Source: Hyphochytrium catenoides | Lineage: Eukaryota > Protista > Hyphochytriomycota | Reading direction: 5' to 3' | NCBI GenBank assembly: GCA_900088475.1 | Contig: FLMG01000154.1 | Span: 182,744 to 246,743, forward strand | Length of the DNA: 64,000 bases | Part shown: positions 26,327-36,197 of the stretch, in pieces | How the letters are laid out: the number at the start of each line of letters is the position of its first letter | Numbering within the stretch: the first letter of the stretch is position 1 | Program-made: the position numbers and the translations under genes | Notes under the pieces: generated by a model | What the model saw: only the letters and a program-made list of their open reading frames with translations | Told to the model about the DNA's origin: nothing | Databases searched by the model: none

Positions 26327-29300
26327 ATGACTGCTGTCTCTGGTCTCTACGAGTTTGCTCAGAAGCATCACTTGCAGCCACCCGCGTTCTCGTTCACCCA
26401 GGAGATTGAAATAGATACTATCTATTGGCTCTGTCAAGCCACTTTTCCGGGACTGGCTTTGTCTGCTTCGAGCGCAGCGTGCCCTAGCAAGCAAGCTGCC
26501 AAGCTTGAAGCTGCCAGCTTCCTTCTGGAGATGCTTCCCCAAAAAAGAACCCTACCGGGAACTGGAGTTGTGCGTGGTGGAGGTGGAGAGAGAGAAGAGG
26601 AAGACGCTTCGGCGATCTCTAAGCTCTATCAGTTCGCACAGGCGAGGGCTATTTCCCCGCCAGAGTTCTCCTGCTTACCTGGCCCCAGCTTTTCTACACA
26701 CTTTCCTAGCTGGCAGTGTTCTGTCTCTTTGCCTAGAGCACCAGGAGGCGGTTCTCTAATTGTGAAAGGAGGAGAAAGACCAAGCAAACAGAGTGCCAAG
26801 GCCGCTGCTGCATCTGAGATGTGGACGCTTCTCCACTCTAGAAGGGCGAGCTCTTCTTCTTCCTCGGAAGTTACCACTGCTCTTTCTCCCTTAACCCATG
26901 GAAACGGGACGCAACGTTCTTCTCTATTCAGAGAGTTAGACCATGTCACGCAAGAGGAGGGAGAACTACGAAGCTCTTCCGTCCCGCAGCAGAGCCCCGT
27001 TAGCCAGGTCATGCACTTCACACAGATGCACAATTTGAGAGCCCCCACGTGTGACTATAGGATTGGACCCAACCCTCTAGGACTTACGCCTTTGCATCAG
27101 TGTATCATGTCCTTAACATTAATCAGGGAAGGGAGAAGTGGTCTAGACCTAGGAGGAAATGGGAGCCCTTTAACAAATGGAGCAACCGTGATATCGGCAA
27201 CGAGTGGCTTTCATAGCACTAAACGAAAGGCAAAGGAAGAAGCTGCGTCAAAGCTTCTTGAAGAACTTACTCGGCACCAAGAAGGATCGGTGCACGAAGA
27301 GTCTCCGACGGTCGCATCTTCTATTAGAGCTGGAGAAGTGCTCCCGTCATCTTCTGCTATTATCAGGAGAGAGACTGTCTCCAGAGACATGTCCCGCAGA
27401 CTTCAAAGAACCAGTTATAGCGTGGCAGTGGAGAGAGTGGAAACCGACGTGGGATTTGTAGCTCGAGCCTCCTTCTCCTCTCTTTTTGCCGAGGGAACAG
27501 GTCGGTCCAAGAGCCACGCCCAAGAAGCTGCCTTGTCAGCTCTGGAAGCAAAGGTCTCAATCCAAGAAGGCAAAGAAACGGAAGAGGAAGGTAAAGGGAG
27601 CTGCTGCGAGGGGGGTAAGCAAAGAGGGAATGAGAAGAGAGAGCAATGAGAAAGGGTTGGACACCAAGCAACGGAGAGGAGGAAAAATCAGCGTTGCTGG
27701 ATTCGTGACTCCGCTTTCTACTCTGATGGTTGCCGATGTACAGTGCTATCTCAGTTGGTTCTTCCGGCTTGCATCTTACAAGTCTCATACCTGCTCTAAC
27801 TATGCCTACGACCGAGCTCCGCCGTCCATGATGTACATTCTGATCTATCCTGGAGCCTTGATTCGAGTATCTTCCTTTTACTCTCTCCCTCTCTCTCTCT
27901 CTACTCACTCTTCTTTTGTTTCTCGCTTCATCTTTCTGCATCACTTCCTTCCTATACCTTATGTGGTAGGGCCTCCAGCTCCATTCGAAGAACGCCCGTA
28001 CCAGACTGAGCTTGTCGGGATGGCCCTCCGTCGAAACCTTATAGTCTTCCTACCTACGGGCACAGGGAAGACGTTTATTGCCATTCAGACAATCAACAGG
28101 CTGGCAGACGAGGAGAAGCGTGCTCCAAGAAAAGTGATGATGGATGGCTCTCTCTCTTTCTTCCTCTGTAGGACTGTCATTCTCACGCAACAGCAGGCAG
28201 AGAGGATTAGTAAAAAGACAGGTAAGACGTGGTGTCGGAGAGGTACAGTCGGCCCTTCATGACTATTTTCCTTACTCCCTTTGCAACTTGCCGCCTGTTC
28301 GTTGCTGCTCTTTCACGCACGTTGCATGCCATAAGGACGCGGCTATCGAAGTTATTCTTTAGGGTTTCTAACCTAGTTTTCTTCGATCATCGTGCTCCCT
28401 CCCTGGATTGGGGGTTAGACCTTGTTACCAAAGCCTACTACGGGGAAATGAACGTCGATCAGTGGTCAAAAGCGGACTGGGAAAGAGAGTTTCTCTCGGT
28501 GGACGTTTTCGTCATGACTCCTCAGATTCTCCTCGACTTGCTTGACCGAGCATTTCTCTCACTGAGACATTTGCGTGTGCTCGTTATGGATGAGTGCCAC
28601 CACTGCTCTCCTAAGAAAAAGAACCCAGAGAGTGTCATCTTCTACCGACATTTCTGGAGTAGTAAGCTTGGGACCTTGTGCGGTAATCAAGGAGGGATTG
28701 AAAGACCAGATGGCAGCAGCAAGCCGCGGGTATTAGGGCTTACAGGGACACCTTTTGATCCTAATCAGCTTAAAGAGTTCTTGGGGAGCTCTCTGGCTAC
28801 CTGCAGCGCGAAATACTTAGAGCAAGTAGAGAAGCACATAGAAAAAGAAGTGGACACGCTCTATTTCCCAATTTCCACTAGTTGGCACGCGCTCAAGGAT
28901 AAAATGGAGAGGTAAGGCTCTCGTTCTAGCTGAACATTTATGCTTTTGTGCTTCCGTATTCTTGTTTCTTGTCCAGCTCTTCTTTCAACCCGACACCTTG
29001 CAAGCTATCTGTCCTCCCACCCATGCAGTCTCCTACGGCAGTCATCAGTCTGGGAAGGCAGTCATCAGCCTGGGTTGACAGTCGCACAGCTTACGGGCCA
29101 ATCTGGAGCTTATGACCTGACCGTATCATTTCTTTTCTCCAACGCTAGGCTTCGATGCAATCTTGGATCTGCTGCCGTGGAGATCATGGAAAAGCTGGAC
29201 GATTTCTCATCGCCAGCTGAAGAGCTTTTAGAGTCCGTGTCGCACAACTGGGAAGACGTCTTCGAAGCCGGATCAGAAGAAGGTGCGTTCATTGGCCGCC

Positions 29301-32300
29301 ACTGCCAGTAGCCATCTTGGCTGGCGGTCTCATCGAATTCCCATAGGAAGGATGCTTGACCAAAAGTTATCAACTTCTCTTCTTCCTCTTCCACCCGTCC
29401 ATTTTGGTGCCCTCCATTTCACAAGGTCCTCTTGCGGTTTGTGCTGGTCAAATTTTTGCCCTCACTTTATTGTCGTCAGCCTTCATTTGGTCGGCTCTCG
29501 CTGGCTCACTTGCAATCTACTTGTTACTTTTTTCAATTGGACTCCCAGATTTGTCCCCTAAGGTTTGGAAGCTCCTTGATATCCTGGATGCCGAGCTCCA
29601 CACATGGGGCAAGCATTTGAAATGCCTTGTCTTCCTTAAAGAGACTGTGCATGCGTTAGCGCTTGCATTGATTGTGCAGGTGCGCTTATGATTGGCTTCG
29701 AAGTCCCAATCCTTCTACGCTTCCTGTTGTGTTCTCATTCGATGTCATAGCCGTTCTCCGAGCCAATCGGTCTCTTTCCTGCGTCATTACTTCCCATCAT
29801 CCTTGCTGCAGCGTGAGTCCAATAGGTCGGGTGACATCTCTGATTTAATCACTAGGCCTATCTGAGGGCTAAGTGGCCTGGATTGGGCTGTGACTACGTG
29901 GTGGGGCAATCGCGAGAGGTGAAGCTCCGGGCTCACCGTCAAGCGCTCGTGGTTGAAGAGTTCCGCAAAGGTTGTAAAGCAAGAATTCCAAGATTTGGTT
30001 CTATATATTTCTAGTTGCTTTCTCTCTGCAGCAGTTGCCCTAACAACAGCCCTATATCATTTCCATCGCTGATACTTTATGCTTTTTATTACCTGTTCTG
30101 TACTAGCCATTGAATGTCCTGAACTGGCCCTGCCGGCACTCACATGCTCCATAGGTAAAATTCAGGTACTGGTGTCCACTTCCGTAGCCGAGGAGGGTGT
30201 GGATGTTCCTTCGTGCAATCTCGGTAAGGCTTCGTAATTGTCTAGAGTTGAACGTTGGGGGATCACCCTCTTCTGCGACGGCGTATTTCTGTCATTTTTG
30301 CACTTTTACGCTTCCATAAGATGTGCGGTGGTCAGAGATAGGCTCAGCGACAAGAGGCAGGGTAGAGGATCTTAGATGGACGTCGTGCACGTTGCCTAGA
30401 ATGCCTTGAAGTTCTCGTGCCCAGAGTTGTGCTCATAATCCGTGCTCATCCACACTACGTCAAAATGCGGCAGTCGTGGCGTTCGATGACATCTTCAACC
30501 GCTACCAGTACCACCAACAAATTGGCAGACTGAGGAAGAAGTCTTCCCGAGCTGTCATGTTCCAGACGCTAGAACAAACGGAGAATAGAGTTGAGCAGGT
30601 AACTTATCCTTGAAAGGTCTATTATTCTAAGCCTGGCCATGTCATCCTCTACCTAGATGGATGACTAAACAGCCACCTGTGGCGTCCTGCAACCTGAGAA
30701 GTCTGTCTGAGACCGAATCTCTTATCATTGTATCATCACCTGTGTTTCCCTTCTCATCTACCTATCTATACCTTCTTCTGCCTCAGTTCCGTTGGCGTTC
30801 GTCGTTCATCCTATTCTTATCTATAGTGAGGCTCTCCCAATCCGCCGCATCACGCACTTGATCTTCTCCTATGTTGGTGCCCCATGCGCTTTGAACATTA
30901 AGCTTCTTTCCCGACGCTTCTCTCATATATGCCAGGCCAAGCGTCATATGGTGGAGGCCAAACGCGAAGCTATCCCGGCAGATGCAACTGTTCTTGAGGA
31001 TGTAGCGGAGTTCATCTCGCATCCTACCACCGCTTTCCACACCGATCAAGGGGCAGAGCTTAATATTGATTCCGCCATCCGCCTGCTTTATAACATCTGC
31101 TCCAAACTTAGGAAGGATACCTTCGCCCGTTGGGAGCCCAGTTGGGACTATGACAGGGTACGACATCCTCCGTCTTGGCGTCTGTCTCTTTACTCCAACA
31201 CACTGCTTCCTTTCCTATGATAAACTCCCTTTTTGGGCCTTGTTACCATATCCTGATTGTCCTTCGAGACTTCTTGGGAAAGCAACTTGCTCTCTTCAGT
31301 GACCTGATCTTACGTGGGCCATTGCTGTTCGGTCAGAACTGTCAGTTCCGTCCTCTGCCCCTTTATATTTGCTGAGTGAATGGTTCCTATCTCCACTTAC
31401 TCAAATAACTGCCTGCCCCTTACCTTTTCGGTTGTGGGTGCCTCACTCCGTTCCCTTTTCTTGAAAGAGTCTCGCCTTTGTCCTCTCACACGGCTCCGTC
31501 GCCCTCTCTCGCAGGTCACGGGAGAGCTGGCGCTCTACTTGCCCAAGACACTGCCACTCAGTTCCCTGGTTTTAAAACAAGAAGTACTTGTCTCCCTTCC
31601 GAGAAGCAAGCAGCAGTTGGCCTTCAAAGCTTGTAAAGCCCTACACGACGAAGGAGTCATCGATGACCATCTGCGTCTTGTACCAGGGCTTCTTCCCTTG
31701 AGGACGCCTCCTGTTCCTAAGAAGGAGAGGGCTTACATCCGTGCTTTGTTGCCTCCTCGTACTTTGGCCGGCAGAGAGGCTTATACCTCAGCTGAGACGA
31801 TGGACCATGCAAGTGAAGAGGCTATGCGCTTCTATCGGACTGATTTCATTCTGCAGCAGTCGGCTGGTGAGGATGCCAGCGGCAATGCGCAAACCCTGTG
31901 TCCTCTGTATTTCTTAACGCTGTCCCGCCTGAATGATGACGCTTTCTCTTGCACGACCTCCTGTTCACGGCCCTTCCGCTTTCACGTAAGTGGAACTGGC
32001 GAGACAGTGTCACTCGCCTCTGTTACTCGCGAGAACTGTTTTAACTTCTCGTGGCTAACTTCTCAACGGGAGAGCCTCGAAGAAGGTGATTTCGTCATCC
32101 CGGCTTCTGCTAATGCCGAAGAAAAAGCGGCAATTGGAGGAAAGTACCTTGTAATGAGAGGACCGGACTTCGAAAGTAGCGTTCACGAATGGGACCTCAG
32201 CAATGAGGAGATTGAAGATGAGTTGAAGGAAGAAGAGCAGGAGGGACACGACGAAGCGGAAGAGGAGAGAGCTGCAGGCATTGAAAAGGATAAGCCCTAT

Positions 32301-34648
32301 CAGATTCTGCGAAGAGAAGCAGCATTGAGTGCGGAAGAGCTTGAGGATAAGAGAAGACGCAAGGAATCTGCTTTTATTGAAAATGTGTGCAAGGAGTTTG
32401 AGCAGTGCCTCAAGACCTCTGAGCTGAGAGACATGAGAACCTTCTGTTCAGAGCTCTGTCTGCTCCGTGCGGCTCTGTCGGACAGAGTGAATGGGCTGCA
32501 TCTCTGTGGTGGGAGAGAAGAATGTAGGAAAGGAGAAGGAGACATCGGCTGTGCACGACGAAAACGATGGGACTATCAGGCGTTAGAGTATCTCGGAGAT
32601 AGGATCTTGAAGATTGTGAGCTCCTCTTTCCTGTTCCTCTCTCTTCCTGGTGCCTCAGAGGGCAAGCTAACCTTCTCAAGATCCAAGCATATCTCCAACA
32701 ACTTCCTTGCAGCGAGAGTCAATCGTGAGGGTCTGCAGAGCTACCTCATGAAAGGATCTGACAAATGGCTGCCTCCTCTATCGTATACTCCTCTTCCGTC
32801 CTCTTCACTCTCCAGTCAATACGAGGAGCCCGAGGACCAGAGTGCCAGACCTGTTAAGCTCAAGTCTGTGGCAGATATTGCTGAGAGCTTGATCGGCGCT
32901 GCATGCGTGGAGAGAGGATACGAGGCTGCTTTGTCTACGATTATCTCGGACCTGAAGCTCTTGAGCCTTCCTCATCTCTCCTCTTCGTCTATTTCTTCGG
33001 ATTCTTCCCCTTCCCAGCTCTTTCGTGCCATGGTCAGTCAGTATCTCAAGGCTGACATAGAAGACGGGAAAGGAGGCATCTTCGAGCTAGACAATGAGGT
33101 TCTGAAATTGAGGAGAAGGAAAGCGGCTGTTTCCCGCCTAGAGGATGTTCTCTCTTACCGTTTCTTGCAGCCGTCTCTTGCAGCTACTGCTCTCACGCAT
33201 ATCTCCGAATGTGACCCTGTACTGGGGGAACAGTACGCTGGAGGTTGTCGCTGCTTTGCCATCTTTGTCTTCGCTCTTCACCATTTATATTAAGAACTCT
33301 TCCGCCTAACACCCAAGGTCTCGTACTGCCTCTTGATAGGGTCTACGGGCTGGCTCTACCCTAAGACTCTTGCTCTCTTATGCTTTACCCTTGCACTTGT
33401 CATGGTCCTGTCTCGTTTTCTGCTCGAGGACTCCACTTTCCGTCTTTACGTGCGTATTAGAGTCTAACTAATGGTTGTGCTGACTGCTGAATGTCTCCGT
33501 AGTTCCGTCTTATGAGCGACTGGAGTTCCTAGGGGACGCAATGCTTTCCGGAATTTTAGCGGAGTATATGCTGAAGGAATTCCCAAATGTATGACGAGGG
33601 GGAGACAAGACACAGCGACCCACGGCACACGAGGGGGTATCATGTCAGGGTCAAGGCGGGTTATCATCTGAGAGAGATGTGCCTGTTGGTCTAGCACTAG
33701 GTTGTTATAAGGAGGGGCACCAAGTCTCAAGAGCATTTCGTCTTCAATATGGCCAAGGGACGGGGAAGAGTAGAGCCTGAGATGAAAGCTACCCTGCAGC
33801 TGATGGCGTCGATATTGACTAGCTGCTCTCCGTTTCTTTCTTGCCTTCTCGTCTGCTAGAGCACCCCCGGTACCTATCATATAAAGGAATCTGCCTGCCT
33901 AAAGAACCAGAACCTGGGCAGTGTCGCGATAGCATTAGGCTTGCACAGGATAATTCTCCATGCCTCCCCAACTTTGGAGAGAGCGATTGACCAAGCTGAA
34001 GCCTGGTGGCAGGGCAATGGAGGCGCTGCAGAGAGGAACATCGATCAAGAGGAAGTCTCACCGATAGAAGGAGGGTTGAGGGAGCAGGAGGTGGAGGAGG
34101 ATTTGGAGCTCCCTAAACCGCTTGGAGATGTCCTGGAGGCAGTTGTCGGCGCATTATATGTTGATTGCCAGCTAGACTATGAGGTCTGCAAGGAGATACT
34201 CTGGAAGAAGATCATGCCGAAGATCCTTGAGATAGGTACAGGTCTCTTCTGGTCTTCTCTTTTCCCTGCCTCTCTCTTGATAAAGTATATAAGCAATCGG
34301 CCAATCTCTCACTTTCTTGACAGCTCCTTATTATTTGACAGTTCCTGACGATGTCGTGTTACTCCTCCGTCAGGCATCACCTCGGATCCTGTCAGTGATC
34401 TCTTCACCTTACTACAGGAGAAACGTTGGAAGTATAAGGAGGAGGTTGACTTCAAGCGAGACAAAGACGCCAGGAGGAAGCAAAGAGATGGCCAAACGCA
34501 CCCAGATGATCTATGCTCCTACTCGTTTATCATTGAGGGAAAGAGTTATACTGGTGTTGCCTCATCAAAGCATTGGGCAAAGAAAAGAGCAGCCAAGAAG
34601 GCGCTGCTTGCCCTGGGTAGTGCTCTAACGGAGAGAAATCTAGCTTAA
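26327..34648 (+). CDS. DCL: Dicer-like endoribonuclease with four N-terminal dsRBDs: (dsRBD)x4-DExH helicase-DUF283-RNase IIIa-RNase IIIb-dsRBD, ~1,750 aa, ~13 exons
   Basis: Approximate exons: 26327-27590, 27970-28221, 28419-28911, 29149-29282, 29549-29679, 29856-29970, 30154-30223, 30474-30598, 30936-31157, 31515-33210, 33503-33588, 33860-34235, 34374-34648. Motifs: RPYQ, LPTGTGKT, DECHH, LGLTGTP, LSPKV, STSVAEEGVDVPSCNLVV; DUF283 (AIRLLYNICSKL..D / AFKACKALHDEGVIDDHL); IIIa YQALEYLGD...ADIAESLIGA; IIIb YERLEFLGD...GDVLEAVVGALYVD; terminal dsRBD DPVSDL...SSKHWAKKRAAKKAL. Confidence 0.92.
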
Positions 34649-35449
34649 TCATACTGCTAGATATGAGACGGAGAACTCTCAAGCCCGTCGACGTCTCCTT
34701 GTAAAATGCCAGTTGATTGGTCATATTTGTTCTGTACGTGACTATTAGATGAGAATTTTGCATTGTATTCGGCAGTTCTGTCTCGTCCTCTCTGAAGTCT
34801 TCCGTCTACGCCGACTGCGGGTGAGCTTAAGTAGGGTTATTGTCCACCGACCATGACGCACTCCCTGCCGTGCACTGCCGCCCCACATCGACAGAATAGC
34901 TCTCGCTCTCTAGTTCCATGGCCATCATACCAAGACCAGAAGAATGCCCTTCTAATGCGGAGCTCTCAGCCGATGCCTCCTTCCCCAGCTCTCGGTTCGC
35001 GCTGCTGCTGGCTCCTCCGTAGTAAGAAGATAATGACTAGTCCTCCGCCTGCCTGGCAGCAGCACCAGCAGTGCTCCTTGCCAACAAGATCTTCTTCGAC
35101 TTCAACCGGTTTGCCTCTTCATCTTTCTCGAAACCGTAATAAGCCAGATTCAGCCACAAAGGGCCTCCAGCAATCATTAGGATTCTTCATTCATTTTCGC
35201 TTTGTAATCGTAATTTAACAGGCTGGAGGTCGTCGAGTTGGTAGTGGATGATGAGTTGTGCCGATTTTGGGTGGGGGAAGAGCTGCATTATTACTTCCTC
35301 ACAGGGAATATAGAGCATATAAGTTTGACATCAGGCGGCAATATTGCGTTGTAGCACAGCGAATCCGTTTTATTGGTTTGGGAGAGAGAGAGAGAGGATG
35401 GCTTGCTTTCTGCTCTTTTGGACCGCAGGCTAGACCAGCATGTTCTGAT

Positions 35450-35481
35450 TCTCTCTCTCTCTTTGTCTCTCTCTTTGTCTC

Positions 35482-35512
<31 letters not shown>

Positions 35513-35580
35513 CTCTTTCTTCCTCTCTCTCTCTTTCTCTCTCTCAATCTCTCTCTCTCTTCTGTCTCTTTCTCTCTTCT
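35450..35580. repeat. (CT)n microsatellite
   Basis: Directly visible. Confidence 0.9.
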
Positions 35581-35936
35581 CTGTCTGGAGCCTCCCTATT
35601 TCTTACCTTGTTTTGCTCGACCTCTTTCTGTCAGAACAGTTCCTTTCTTTATCATAGGAAGGTATCATCGACATCACCTAAAAGCTTTTATAATCTTTCT
35701 ATTTGTGGGAGAGTCTGGAATAAGTCTGTCTAATAAGCATCGAGGGGCATGTCATAGAGAAGAAACTGCGTGCAAGCTACATTTCTCCATTGGCGGCCCT
35801 TGCGATAGGCCAATACTGAGCCCCACGATGGTCCTTAAGTGAGAGGGACGAGGGCGAGAGCTGCGTGCCTCATTCAAGACAATAGGAGGAGACCGATACT
35901 GAGGAGAAGGAAGCTCTTCCATCCAACATCGGAGAC

Positions 35937-36160
35937 ATGAGTTTCCAGTCCTCGGCTTCACAAGAGCCGGTTCCTGGCCGAAGTGCCATCGCTGACATTG
36001 GTGAGAGACTCAGAAGTGTCGAGCGGGAAAGAGGACAGCGGAAAGAGGACAGGGGAGAGTAAATCAGAGAAGAGAGGGAGAAGAGAAAGAGAGTGAGAGA
36101 AAGAGAGAGGAAGAGGACAGAGAGAGGGACAGACTGAATTAGATAGAGAGACAGAGAGAG

Positions 36161-36197
<37 letters not shown>

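Noticed and set aside
26315-27649. Stand-alone 444-aa dsRNA-binding protein (DRB/HYL1-like), as suggested by the ORF track
   Set aside because: A phase-matched intron (27591-27969) joins it to the helicase exon, which lacks its own start before RPYQ. It is kept only as a possible intron-retention isoform.
34853-35218. ORF immediately downstream of Dicer
   Set aside because: No domain, and stops interrupt the more protein-like antisense frame.
35450-36195. (CT)n...(GA)n inverted pair as a hairpin substrate next to Dicer
   Set aside because: Low-complexity complementarity is expected by chance; a similar pair occurs at 5940-6530.
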